Below are positions 1-9,494 of a stretch of DNA of 64,000 nt, piece by piece. Positions within the stretch are counted from its first letter, which is position 1; each line of letters starts with the position of its first letter. Source of the stretch: Candidatus Berkelbacteria bacterium (lineage in GTDB: Bacteria > Patescibacteriota > UBA1384 > JACPKC01); assembly GCA_016187225.1 (NCBI GenBank), contig JACPKC010000010.1:67541-131540 (forward strand). Direction: 5' to 3'. Below the pieces are notes generated by a model. It did not search any database. It saw only the letters and a program-made list of their open reading frames with translations, and was not told the origin of the DNA. A program made the position numbers and the translations under genes.

Positions 1-1
1 C

Positions 2-484
2 TTTGGGCAGGGTGTTTCTGTGACGCCGATGCAAATCGTGCGAGCCTGGGCGGCGCTCATCAACGGTGGCAAGCTTGTCACGCCGCATGTCGTCAAAGCG
101 GTAACGGGTGAGCGTTCGATCACTCTCGCCGCCGATGCGCCGATTAAAGAAGGCGTAATTTCACAAGAAACGAGTTCCAAAGTTCGTGGTATGCTTGAAT
201 CGGTAGTTAAAAATGGCCCATATGGCCGCACGCGCATTAAGGGTTATCGGATTGGCGGTAAGACCGGCACAGCTCAAATTGCCTCCGATCAAGGCGGCTA
301 TTCTGAGACCGATTACACCCATTCACTGATTGGGTTTTTTCCAGTTGATGAGCCCAAATTTCTAATCCTCGTAAAACTTGACAAGCCTAAAAACGCCGAA
401 TTCGCCGAAAGTACTGCCGGTCCTATCTTTCACGACATTGCTCAATATCTTTTTGGCTACTATAAGATCCCGCCCACAGAATGA
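2..484 (+). CDS. ftsI: Penicillin-binding protein transpeptidase domain, C-terminal part (FtsI-like; gene begins upstream of window)
   Basis: Frame is open from nt 2 (FGQGVSVTPMQIV...). KTGT box present (GGKTGTAQ). Lies directly 5' of murF-mraY as in dcw clusters, with an ATGA overlap onto the next gene. Confidence 0.8.
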   Translation, partial: FGQGVSVTPMQIVRAWAALINGGKLVTPHVVKAVTGERSITLAADAPIKEGVISQETSSKVRGMLESVVKNGPYGRTRIKGYRIGGKTGTAQIASDQGGYSETDYTHSLIGFFPVDEPKFLILVKLDKPKNAEFAESTAGPIFHDIAQYLFGYYKIPPTE

Positions 485-1647
485 GTATGAAAAAATTTGC
501 TAAATACATTCTTGAAAGCTTGCTTGCCTGGGGTGCGCATCGAACGATTAGGGTGCAAAAACCCTTGATTATCGGCATCACAGGCAGTTCTGGCAAAACT
601 AGCACTAAAGATGCTATTGGTCATGTGCTCAAATACACATTACACGACCGTGAAATAAATGTTGCGGAGGGCAATTTGAACACAGAATTTGGTTTGCCGT
701 TGGCTGTGCTTGGCCTGTCTAAACCAGAAACTAAACTTACTTGGTTGGAGGCTGGAATCAACGCTCTCTTGCTGGGCATGAGTCCAGTGCGCACGTCGCG
801 TTCGCCAATCTTAGTTTTGGAATATGGCGCCGAACAGCCCGGAGATATTCACCGTCTGGTTAAATTTGCCCGTCCCGATATTAGCGTGGTGACGAACATC
901 GGCGAAGCGCACACCGCCTTTCTCGGGTCGATCGAGGGAGTCGCGAAAGAAAAATCTTGGCTAGTCAAAGCACTGCCTAAATCCGGCATTGCAATTTTAA
1001 ATGGAGACGACAAGCGTGTCTGGGCAATGCGAGAATTTACACACTCAACGGTCGTTAAAGTGATAGGCAAGGGGCAAGATTTTGCTCGGTCAGCCGCACT
1101 TGCGGTGGCTGAATACGGTTTCGGAATTCAGGCGAAGAGTGCGCGCGCGGCGCTCAAAAGTTGGGAACCACCAGTTGGGCGGCTTCGCCTGCTAAAAGCG
1201 GTTAACGGCGCTTGGCTGTTAGATGATACCTATAACGCCAACCCGCTTTCAACCACTCTCGCTTTGTCTGAACTCGGACGTTTAGGGCGAGAGAAGAAGG
1301 CTAAGCGTTTGGTTGCGATTTTGGGCGATATGCTCGAACTTGGCTCTGAAGAACACCGGGCGCATCAGGGCATTGCTTTGCTTGGCGACCGGGTGGCTGA
1401 TCAACTCATTCTGGTCGGACCACGTTTTCGTCGAACTAAACTGGGAATCTGGTTTCCTGGCCCTATTCCAGCGGCCGCGTTTGTGCTCTCGCAAATTCAA
1501 AAAGGGGATTTGGTTCTCGTGAAAGGTTCGCAGAGTATGCGGATGGAAAAGGTAAGCGAAAGTTTGCTCGCCAATCAGCGTGAATCAAATCAGGTTCTTG
1601 TGCGCCAGACACGCTATTGGAAACAGAAACCGTACATTGCGCCCTGA
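481..1647 (+). CDS. murF: UDP-MurNAc-tripeptide--D-Ala-D-Ala ligase (Mur ligase family, short form lacking the usual N-terminal domain)
   Basis: Mur-ligase P-loop GITGSSGKTSTKD at residues 32-44. DDTYNANPLS motif typical of MurF. Position between ftsI and mraY. Confidence 0.8.
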   Translation: MSMKKFAKYILESLLAWGAHRTIRVQKPLIIGITGSSGKTSTKDAIGHVLKYTLHDREINVAEGNLNTEFGLPLAVLGLSKPETKLTWLEAGINALLLGMSPVRTSRSPILVLEYGAEQPGDIHRLVKFARPDISVVTNIGEAHTAFLGSIEGVAKEKSWLVKALPKSGIAILNGDDKRVWAMREFTHSTVVKVIGKGQDFARSAALAVAEYGFGIQAKSARAALKSWEPPVGRLRLLKAVNGAWLLDDTYNANPLSTTLALSELGRLGREKKAKRLVAILGDMLELGSEEHRAHQGIALLGDRVADQLILVGPRFRRTKLGIWFPGPIPAAAFVLSQIQKGDLVLVKGSQSMRMEKVSESLLANQRESNQVLVRQTRYWKQKPYIAP

Positions 1648-1671
1648 CGCACGCCTGTTTAGGATGTAAAT

Positions 1672-2700
1672 ATGGAAAGTATCTCGCTTGCAATTAGTGA
1701 TCTCGCCTTTGTTTTTTGGCTCACAACGCTTTCATTTTTGGTAGCGATCGCCTTGACGCCCATCTTAACTGACTATCTCTATACTCATCGAGTTTGGAAG
1801 CAAATTAAAGACACGGCAATAACAGGTGAAAAGGCGCCGGTATTCTACAAACTGCATAAAGCCAAACAGGCGCGCAGGATCCCGACAATGGCAGGCATCT
1901 TAATTTGGGGCGTGGTTGCGCTGGTCACCTTGCTTTTCAATCTTGATCGTGCCGGAACTTGGCTCCCACTCTTTACCTTAGCGGCTGCCGGCGCGCTTGG
2001 CTTAATCGATGACTATATTAATATTCATGCTGGTAAGACAGGGATCAAGGGTATTCGATTTTGGCTCAAGCTTGGTCTTCAGCTCTTAATCGGCATCGTT
2101 GGCGCGTGGTGGTTCTACTCTAAACTCGGTTTTGATGTGCTCCATGTGCCTGGAGTGGGTGACTTTTCGATTGGCTGGCTATATATCCCACTCTTTATTT
2201 TAGTCATTATTTCATCTGCCAATGCAGTGAATATTACTGATGGTCTAGATGGTCTGGCGGGCGGTTTGTTGGCGATCACATTTACAGCTTACGCCGTTAT
2301 TGCGCTGACAGAAGGCAAAATCGAACTCGCTGCCTTTTGCGGTACAATCGTTGGCGCAGTTCTAGCCTACACATGGTTCAATATTCATCCAGCTCGTTTT
2401 TTTATGGGCGATACCGGTTCGCTCGCGCTTGGAGCAACTTTGGGTGTAGTTGCAATGCTTACCGATACCGCCTTACCTTTAATAGTGATCGGCGGTGTGT
2501 TTGTCGCTGAAACATTTTCAGTCATTCTTCAGCTGGTTTCTAAAAAGATTTTTGGACGGAAAATTTTTTTTTCGACACCCATTCATCATCATTTCGAAGC
2601 AATTGGTTGGCCCGAAACTAAAGTTACGATGCGATTTTGGGTGATCGGAGCTGTTTTTGCCATCCTTGGTCTCGTCATCGCTCTTTTTGGTCGAGGTTAG
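1672..2700 (+). CDS. mraY: Phospho-N-acetylmuramoyl-pentapeptide transferase
   Basis: Polytopic membrane protein with NAVNITDGLDGLAGG and FMGDTGSLALG motifs. dcw context. Confidence 0.95.
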   Translation: MESISLAISDLAFVFWLTTLSFLVAIALTPILTDYLYTHRVWKQIKDTAITGEKAPVFYKLHKAKQARRIPTMAGILIWGVVALVTLLFNLDRAGTWLPLFTLAAAGALGLIDDYINIHAGKTGIKGIRFWLKLGLQLLIGIVGAWWFYSKLGFDVLHVPGVGDFSIGWLYIPLFILVIISSANAVNITDGLDGLAGGLLAITFTAYAVIALTEGKIELAAFCGTIVGAVLAYTWFNIHPARFFMGDTGSLALGATLGVVAMLTDTALPLIVIGGVFVAETFSVILQLVSKKIFGRKIFFSTPIHHHFEAIGWPETKVTMRFWVIGAVFAILGLVIALFGRG

Positions 2701-2732
2701 AACTCTAGGTTGAGTTAACGTATAATAGTTAC

Positions 2733-4109
2733 ATGTTTCCCGATAGATTGCGACAGAGTCGAATCGGTATTTTAGGTTTTGGCGTGAATAACCGCGAATT
2801 GGCTCGTTGGTTAGTTCGTCATGGCGTTTCTAAATTAACAGTTTATGACGAAAATCCGGCCGTTACAGATGCACTTAAACGCCTTGGTCTGACTTCGATT
2901 CGAGTAGTTGCTGGCCCCGGCGCTTTCAAAAAAGTCGAAGCTGACGTTGCCTTTCGTTCACCTGGCATTCCACGCCATCGCCCGGAGTTTCAAGCGGCGC
3001 TTAAACGCGGCGTTGAAATCAGCTCGCAAACCGACCTTTTTCTAGAGTTTTGCCCGGCTCAAGTGATCGGTGTCACAGGAACAAAGGGCAAGGGGACAAC
3101 AAGCTCTCTTATAGCGCACTTGCTTGCCCAGGAGAAAAAATCGGGCGCCCTTCACTTGGCAGGAAATATCGGTCAAGATCCTTTTGAATTTTTAGATGCG
3201 CTGACAGCTCAAGATCGAGTCGTGTTAGAGCTTTCCAGCTTTCAATTAATCGATTTAAAGCATAGTCCAAGCGTTGCCGTGGTTTTGGCGGTATCGTCGG
3301 ATCATCTGGATCACCATTCAACACGTGAAGAGTATGTTGGCGCGAAGCAGAATATTGTTAAATACCAAAAATCGGACGACCTCGTGGTACTAAATTTAGA
3401 TAACGCAACCGCGCTCGCGTTCGGCGCCGCAACGCGCGCGCGCGCTTATTACTACTCGATCCGCAAAAGCGTCGATGTCGGCGCCTTCTATTCGAAAGAG
3501 ACAATTTATTGGCGTCAGCTTGGTCAGGAAATTCCGCAAGTTGTGGCGCACAGTGAAGATGTGTCTCTTATTGGAGAACATAATCGTCTAAACGTAGTCG
3601 CGGCGCTTACAACAGTGTTGGCTCTTGGTTACTCTCAAGATAAAATCGCGAGCGCCTTGCGTTCCTTTCCAGGTTTGTCGCATCGTCTCGAACTTGTTGC
3701 CGAGGATCAAGGCGTACGTTGGTACAACGATTCTTACGCCACCATTCCTGAAGCGACCATTGTCGCGCTCAATAGTTTTCAAGCGCCGATCCATCTCATC
3801 GTCGGCGGTTCGAATAAAGGCGCCGAGTGGCATGAATTGGGTGAGGCAATCGCGCATAGCCAAGTTAAGCAACTTTTAAGCATCGGCGAGACCGGGCCAA
3901 AGATCGCTGATGCGGCCCTGGAGGCTGGCTACGACAAAGCCCGGATTTTTGATGCCATAACCCTTGAGGCGGCTTTGCGACAAGCGCGGTCTCAAGCAAA
4001 ATTTGGTGATGTCGTTCTGCTTTCGCCAGCTTCGGCGTCGTTTGACCAATTTAAGAATGCCAGTCAGCGCGGTGAGATTTTTAAATCCTTGGTCAGAGGT
4101 CAAATATGA
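2733..4109 (+). CDS. murD: UDP-N-acetylmuramoylalanine--D-glutamate ligase
   Basis: GVTGTKGKGTTSSL P-loop and 458 aa Mur ligase architecture. Position mraY-murD-ftsW. Confidence 0.9.
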   Translation: MFPDRLRQSRIGILGFGVNNRELARWLVRHGVSKLTVYDENPAVTDALKRLGLTSIRVVAGPGAFKKVEADVAFRSPGIPRHRPEFQAALKRGVEISSQTDLFLEFCPAQVIGVTGTKGKGTTSSLIAHLLAQEKKSGALHLAGNIGQDPFEFLDALTAQDRVVLELSSFQLIDLKHSPSVAVVLAVSSDHLDHHSTREEYVGAKQNIVKYQKSDDLVVLNLDNATALAFGAATRARAYYYSIRKSVDVGAFYSKETIYWRQLGQEIPQVVAHSEDVSLIGEHNRLNVVAALTTVLALGYSQDKIASALRSFPGLSHRLELVAEDQGVRWYNDSYATIPEATIVALNSFQAPIHLIVGGSNKGAEWHELGEAIAHSQVKQLLSIGETGPKIADAALEAGYDKARIFDAITLEAALRQARSQAKFGDVVLLSPASASFDQFKNASQRGEIFKSLVRGQI

Positions 4110-5242
4110 GCTTGTCGCGTTTCCGTGGTTCGAATCGCGACAAGGTTGATTCTTGGTTGCTTTTGAGCGTGCTCATGCTCGTCGGCGTCGGTTTGATCAT
4201 GATTTCATCAGCTTCAGTCGTGCTTTCATCAGAATACTTCGGCTCGAATTATGCCTATTCAAGCAAACAACTCCTACATTTTGGAATTGGTCTAGTCGCT
4301 CTGATTGTCGGTGTACTGGTTGACTATCGTCTATGGCAACGTTTAGCGCCGGCTCTTCTTGGCGTCATAATTCTGTTATTGCTTGCCACCCATATTCCTG
4401 GGTTGGCGCAAACTGCTCAAGGCGCCCAGCGCTGGATCGAACTTGGGCCGATCCAATTCCAGCCTTCGGAACTTGTCAAGATCTTTGCAATTCTTTACTT
4501 TGCCGCTTGGCTCGCGGCAAAAGGCAGTCATTTATCGAGTTTAACGCGAGGCCTTGTGCCATTTATCACCGTCCTCGGGGTGATTACTTTGCTTATTTTC
4601 GCTCAACCCGATGCTGGGACCGCGATGGTGATTCTATTTACGGTAACGACGATGTATTTTATTGCCGGTGCGCCTTGGATGCATTTGTTCTACGCAGGAA
4701 TTTTAGGCGGTAGTTTGTTTGGGCTCTTGATTCTTTCGGCGCCATATCGGCTTCAGCGGTTTTTGGTGTTTTTGAATCCCTCTGAAGAAACTCTCGGCGC
4801 CGCTTATCACATCAACCAGGCTCTCCTTGCGATCGGCGCCGGCGGCATGTTTGGCGTGGGTTTCGGCCAGAGTAAGCAGAAATTTCTCTACTTACCCGAA
4901 CCGCACACTGATTCAATTTTTGCAATTACGATTGAAGAACTTGGTTTTTTGCGGGCAATGTTAATCGTTGCTTTGCTTATTTTCGTAATGTTGCGGGGTT
5001 ATCAAATCGCCCGGGTGGTTCAGGATCCTTTTGGTCGTTACGTTGCCGTAGGGATAACAAGCTTGATTGCCATTCAGACATTTATCAATATCGGAGCCAT
5101 GTTAGGTCTAATGCCGCTGACGGGTGTCACCTTGCCATTTATCAGCTATGGCGGTTCCTCGTTAATCTCCTTGCTTTTTGGAGTTGGGATTCTACTTAAT
5201 ATCTCTCGACAAGCAGTTTTGATCCCGAAAGGAATGCATTAG
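4106..5242 (+). CDS. ftsW: SEDS family cell-division protein FtsW
   Basis: About 10 TM segments. Conserved QPSE, PEPHTDSIFA and LPFISYGGSS motifs. Lies between murD and murG. Confidence 0.85.
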   Translation: MSLSRFRGSNRDKVDSWLLLSVLMLVGVGLIMISSASVVLSSEYFGSNYAYSSKQLLHFGIGLVALIVGVLVDYRLWQRLAPALLGVIILLLLATHIPGLAQTAQGAQRWIELGPIQFQPSELVKIFAILYFAAWLAAKGSHLSSLTRGLVPFITVLGVITLLIFAQPDAGTAMVILFTVTTMYFIAGAPWMHLFYAGILGGSLFGLLILSAPYRLQRFLVFLNPSEETLGAAYHINQALLAIGAGGMFGVGFGQSKQKFLYLPEPHTDSIFAITIEELGFLRAMLIVALLIFVMLRGYQIARVVQDPFGRYVAVGITSLIAIQTFINIGAMLGLMPLTGVTLPFISYGGSSLISLLFGVGILLNISRQAVLIPKGMH

Positions 5243-5266
5243 ATGTGTTCCTCAATAACCTTTATG
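5237..5266. repeat. Copy A of the CAT...ATG junction element (R orientation): cattagatgtgttcctcaataacctttatg
   Basis: Read directly. The first 15 nt are identical to the reverse complement of copy B. It contains the ftsW TAG stop. Confidence 0.9.
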
Positions 5267-5404
5267 TCTAAATCGTCTCGAATTTGGCTAAACCAAACGC
5301 TTGCCTCGGTCAGTGTAACTCTCGTTACGTCTCTCTCGGCTTTCATTCGTTTCGCTCAAATTCAAACCAATTTCGAGCATGAAATTATTGGGGAACACAT
5401 CTAA
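5264..5404 (+). CDS. Possible 46-aa small ORF (MSKSSRIWLNQTLASVSVTLVTSLSAFIRFAQIQTNFEHEIIGEHI) between ftsW and murG
   Basis: Hand-translated with no internal stop. Starts on the terminal ATG of element copy A. Its TAA overlaps the murG ATG (TAATG). Has a hydrophobic core. No SD and no recognised homology. Confidence 0.2.
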   Translation: MSKSSRIWLNQTLASVSVTLVTSLSAFIRFAQIQTNFEHEIIGEHI

Positions 5405-5406
5405 TG
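5378..5406. repeat. Copy B of the CAT...ATG junction element (F orientation): catgaaattattggggaacacatctaatg
   Basis: Read directly. The terminal ATG is the murG start codon. Confidence 0.9.
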
Positions 5407-6480
5407 AAGCGCATGATCGTCCTTGCCGGCGGGGGAACCGCCGGACACGTTTACCCGGTTTTAGAAGTGATACAGGCGTTGAGAAACTTAGACCCACTGC
5501 TAGATTTTGCTTATATCGGAAATCAGACTGGCCCCGAGAGTCAGTTGGTGCGAGCAGAGCAGGTGCCATTTTATGGCATTCCGGCCGAAAAACTTCGGCG
5601 TTATTGGGATTGGCGCACCTTTCTTCTACCCTTTCGAATTTTCAAAGGCACAGTCGAAGCCTTTGGGCTTTTAAGGATGTTAAAAGCGCAAGCGGTATTT
5701 TGTAAAGGCGGTTATGTGTGCGTGCCAGTTGCCTTAGCCGCTCGCTTCTTGCGTATTCCGATAATTTTACATGAGACGGATTCGATCATGGGACTTTCAA
5801 ATCGCTTAGTGGCGCCTTTTGCGCAAGCGGTTGCAATTAGTTTTCCACGGCCATCACTTATCGAAGCTGGTAAAAATACGCGCATCGTTTATACCGGTAA
5901 TCCAGTCCGACGAGAATTTTTTTCTCAAAAAAAGATCGAGCGTGTCGATGATCGTCCCTGCCTTGTCATAGTTGGTGGTTCGCAAGGCGCACATGCAATT
6001 AATTATTTCATTCAAGTGATTTTGCCCAAACTGCTCGAGCGCTATCGAGTGATTCATATTACGGGGCCCCAAGAGTTTTCAAATTTCCGTCAATTTACTC
6101 GCACAGATGTTTACGAGCCGGTTGCTTACGCCGAGAAAATCGTTGATCTTTTAGCGCAGGCGGATTTAGTTATCTCGCGCGCTGGTGGCACAATCTTCGA
6201 ATTGGCCGCTCTCGGCAAGCCGACAATCTTAATTCCAATTCCTAATTCAGCCAACAATCATCAGCGCGTGAATGCGGAAATTTTACTAAGTCGCGGGGCG
6301 GCGGTTATGCTGAATGAGCGTCAGCTTCAGCCCGCTCAACTTCTGAAAGAAATTACTACCCTTTTTCGAGATTCGATGCGTCGACAGAAGATGGGTGAAC
6401 GGATTCGAGAATTTGCTAGACCAAATGCCGCCCAAGATGTGGCGACTTTAATTTTAAACTCGATCGAGGACCGAGCATGA
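5404..6480 (+). CDS. murG: UDP-GlcNAc:lipid I N-acetylglucosaminyltransferase
   Basis: N-terminal GGGTAGHVYP motif, GT28 architecture, dcw context. Confidence 0.9.
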   Translation: MKRMIVLAGGGTAGHVYPVLEVIQALRNLDPLLDFAYIGNQTGPESQLVRAEQVPFYGIPAEKLRRYWDWRTFLLPFRIFKGTVEAFGLLRMLKAQAVFCKGGYVCVPVALAARFLRIPIILHETDSIMGLSNRLVAPFAQAVAISFPRPSLIEAGKNTRIVYTGNPVRREFFSQKKIERVDDRPCLVIVGGSQGAHAINYFIQVILPKLLERYRVIHITGPQEFSNFRQFTRTDVYEPVAYAEKIVDLLAQADLVISRAGGTIFELAALGKPTILIPIPNSANNHQRVNAEILLSRGAAVMLNERQLQPAQLLKEITTLFRDSMRRQKMGERIREFARPNAAQDVATLILNSIEDRA

Positions 6481-7733
6481 GATATCATTTAATCGGCATT
6501 AACGGTTCGGCCATGAGCGGGTTGGCTGAAATTTTGCGTGGTTTTGGCCATACAGTAACCGGCTCCGATCTTGCAACTACCGGCCACAGCGCAACTAATG
6601 TGACTGGCGCCGAGCGGGTTATTTACACACCCGCCATTCGCGAGTCATCTCCGGGTTGGGTTGAACTTGCAGTGGCGCGAGCACAAGGGCTTGAAATCTT
6701 GCGCGCCGATGAGCTTCTTGGAGAACTTACACGGGACGCCAAACTAATTGCCATCACGGGCACACACGGCAAGTCAAGCACAACAGCGATGGTTGCTAAA
6801 ATCTGTGTAGACTTGGGTCTAAATCCGACTGTCCTAATTGGCGCACCCATTCCTGCTTGGAAAGGAAGAAACTATCGACTTGGCAATCCAAAGTTTTGGG
6901 TGCTTGAGGCGGACGATTACGATCGTAAATTTTTGACCCTTACGCCTGACATCGCCGTCGTGACCAATCTTGAGGTTGAACATTTGGACGTTTATCGAGA
7001 CCTCGCCGATATTCAATCCGCGTTCGCGAATTTTTTGCAGAAGGTCAAGGTTGATGGCACAATTATTGCTCATACTGAATCCACGGTCGACGAAATTTTG
7101 ACGAATCTTCCGGTTAGAATTATTCATTATGGAGGGGCAAGCGATGAGTATGTGCCCGCACTTTTGCCAAAACTTAAAGTTTTAGGCGAACACCAGCGCT
7201 TAAATGCCACGGCCGCGCTCGCTGTTGCTGATGCACTTGGTCTCGATCTAGGCGTAGCCAAACGATCTTTGGCGGGTTTCACTGGAACAGGGCGACGATT
7301 AGAGTATCTGGGTGAAAAAGCGGGTGTGCTCTTTTATGATGATTATGGTCATCATCCAACAGAAATTCATGTAAGTTTATCTGCCCTGAAACAAGCATTT
7401 CCCAACAGACGTTTGGTTGTTGCTTTTCAAGCCCATCAGCATAGTCGAGTCAAAGCTTTGTTTAATAGTTTTACCAAGGCTTTTAGTAATGCAACGGTCG
7501 TTTACCTTATCGATATCTATACAGTTCCCGGTCGTGATGAAAATGTTTGTGTGGAGACGCAAGACCTTGCCGCGGCTATTAGTGCCGCTGGCACAGAAGC
7601 GCGCTATCTTGGTTCTTTGCAAGATCTCAAACGCGTGTTGCCCACCCTTGTGGATAGAGGCGATGTGTTTTTAACTTTGGGCGCGACCGATATTACGAGA
7701 GTCGGTCGAGATTGGTTGGGGAAAGATAAATGA
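6477..7733 (+). CDS. murC: UDP-N-acetylmuramate--L-alanine ligase
   Basis: IGINGSAMSGLAEIL N-terminus and GTHGKSSTTAM P-loop. ATGA overlap with murG. Confidence 0.9.
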   Translation: MRYHLIGINGSAMSGLAEILRGFGHTVTGSDLATTGHSATNVTGAERVIYTPAIRESSPGWVELAVARAQGLEILRADELLGELTRDAKLIAITGTHGKSSTTAMVAKICVDLGLNPTVLIGAPIPAWKGRNYRLGNPKFWVLEADDYDRKFLTLTPDIAVVTNLEVEHLDVYRDLADIQSAFANFLQKVKVDGTIIAHTESTVDEILTNLPVRIIHYGGASDEYVPALLPKLKVLGEHQRLNATAALAVADALGLDLGVAKRSLAGFTGTGRRLEYLGEKAGVLFYDDYGHHPTEIHVSLSALKQAFPNRRLVVAFQAHQHSRVKALFNSFTKAFSNATVVYLIDIYTVPGRDENVCVETQDLAAAISAAGTEARYLGSLQDLKRVLPTLVDRGDVFLTLGATDITRVGRDWLGKDK

Positions 7734-8713
7734 ACCAGCTTTATTCTAAACTTCAGCAGGAATTAAATGATCTCAAAGTTAATGAGTCGCTTGCACTTTT
7801 TTCCTATATGAAAGTTGGCGGTTCGGCTGATTATTTATATACAGCACGCACAACGGACGACCTGATCCAAGCTCTTCGCCTGGCGCGCAAATTTAATCTT
7901 CAATGGACAATTCTCGGCGGCGCAAGCAACGTTGTCATTTCCGACCAGGGGATTCGCGGTCTCGTAATTCGCAACCTCACCAATAATACTGGTTTTATCG
8001 TCGATGAAGGGCGAGCGATTGTCGATTCAGGTTTAAGTCTCGCGCGTTTTATTATGCTCGCAGCTCAACACGGCTTAGCTGGGCTCGAACCGCTTTACGG
8101 CATTCCAGGTACAGTCGGCGGCGCTCTCTATGGCAATGCTGGCGCGCATCAGACATCTATTAGCGATTATTTAGCTACCCTGACTGTTCTCACTGAAGCA
8201 GGTGAGATTGAGCAGTATGATAAGAGCTGGCTTAAACCTGAATATCGAGACACGGCGTTGAAATCCGCTCGCGCTCGGGGCGTAAAATCTGGCCCTGTAA
8301 TTTTATCGGCTCAATTTCAGTTGACACAGGCTAAACCTGAAGTGATTCTGAAACGCATTCGTGAATTCAATAGTTGGCGACTTGAGCATCAGCCGATTGG
8401 CGAACCGTGTTGCGGCTCTGTTTTTCGAAATCCCGATCCAAAAGTAAAAGAAAAAACAGCCGGTTTCCTTTTGGATACCGCAGGTGCTAAACAACTTAAG
8501 AATGGCGGGGCGCATGTTTCAAAGAAACACGCCAACTTTGTTGTTCACGATGGTACAGCAACCGCGTTTCAAATTAGAACACTCTTCGATAGAATGCGAG
8601 CACTTGTCCAAACCCAGCACGCTATCGCACTTCAGGAAGAGATTGAATATCTTGGCGACTGGAGCCTGACAGCTAAAGAGGGGAGTCACGATGCCCCAGC
8701 CGAATTGGCGTGA
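7730..8713 (+). CDS. murB: UDP-N-acetylenolpyruvoylglucosamine reductase
   Basis: FAD-binding MKVGGSADYL and GGASNV motifs, C-terminal GSVFRNP motif. Follows murC. Confidence 0.9.
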   Translation: MNQLYSKLQQELNDLKVNESLALFSYMKVGGSADYLYTARTTDDLIQALRLARKFNLQWTILGGASNVVISDQGIRGLVIRNLTNNTGFIVDEGRAIVDSGLSLARFIMLAAQHGLAGLEPLYGIPGTVGGALYGNAGAHQTSISDYLATLTVLTEAGEIEQYDKSWLKPEYRDTALKSARARGVKSGPVILSAQFQLTQAKPEVILKRIREFNSWRLEHQPIGEPCCGSVFRNPDPKVKEKTAGFLLDTAGAKQLKNGGAHVSKKHANFVVHDGTATAFQIRTLFDRMRALVQTQHAIALQEEIEYLGDWSLTAKEGSHDAPAELA

Positions 8714-9485
8714 GCGTTATCGTCATCCTAAAATTTATCGCGCTACACCGACCTATGTCCAGCCGGTTAAGATTCGGCTTGACCCAAAATTAATCGGCAT
8801 GTCAGTCGGGTTGATTCTTTTCAGTGGTTTAATTTGGCTTATTCTCTTCTCAAAATTATTTATGATTCAGCAAATCGATATCGTCGGGACTGTTACGCCA
8901 GAAGTCCAAACCGAAATCACCAATCTGTATGGTAAAAATCTTTTAACTTATTCATCTGGCGGCATGGAGCGACGGCTCAAAGAGGCGCAATCATCAATTC
9001 GCGAGGTTCAGGTTTACAAAGGGCTACCTCGGACCTTGCGAATTGAAATTGCCGTTCGAACGCCGATCCTCGCTTGGCGATCCGGTGATACCACCTATCT
9101 TTTAGATGAACAGGGGATTGCTTTTCAAGCAGGCGTTGGTGTCGCAGTTGACGAACAAGGCAAATCGCTTATTACAGTTGTCGATAATTTTCGTCAGCCG
9201 ATTGTTTTGGGTAAACAGTTAGTCCGCCGCCAATTTATTACGATGGCAGCTGAATTGAGTCGCACTTTTCCAGTCCAATTCCCGTTGATAATTGATCGAT
9301 TGGAAGTTGGGCAAACCACTTTTGAACTCGTTGTTGTTACAAATGCCGGCTGGAAAGCGTATTTTGATACCACGCGTGATCTTGAGCCTCAACTCGAATC
9401 ACTTAAAAAAATCTTTGAAAACTTTCACGATGCAATTAAAGAGTACGTTGATTTACGCATCGTGGGTCGCGCTTATTATAAATAG
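8691..9485 (+). CDS. ftsQ: FtsQ-like cell-division protein (TM + POTRA-like domain)
   Basis: Single TM (GLILFSGLIWLILF) followed by IQQIDIVGT...LL, a POTRA-like start. Terminal position in the dcw cluster. Confidence 0.6.
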   Translation: MPQPNWRERYRHPKIYRATPTYVQPVKIRLDPKLIGMSVGLILFSGLIWLILFSKLFMIQQIDIVGTVTPEVQTEITNLYGKNLLTYSSGGMERRLKEAQSSIREVQVYKGLPRTLRIEIAVRTPILAWRSGDTTYLLDEQGIAFQAGVGVAVDEQGKSLITVVDNFRQPIVLGKQLVRRQFITMAAELSRTFPVQFPLIIDRLEVGQTTFELVVVTNAGWKAYFDTTRDLEPQLESLKKIFENFHDAIKEYVDLRIVGRAYYK

Positions 9486-9494
9486 GAGGACAAG

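Noticed and set aside
4333-4713. 126-aa alternative-frame ORF inside ftsW, and similar 60-110-aa ORFs nested in other conserved genes
   Set aside because: They are embedded in well-supported genes, have Arg/Cys-rich compositions typical of off-frame translation, and lack SD sequences.
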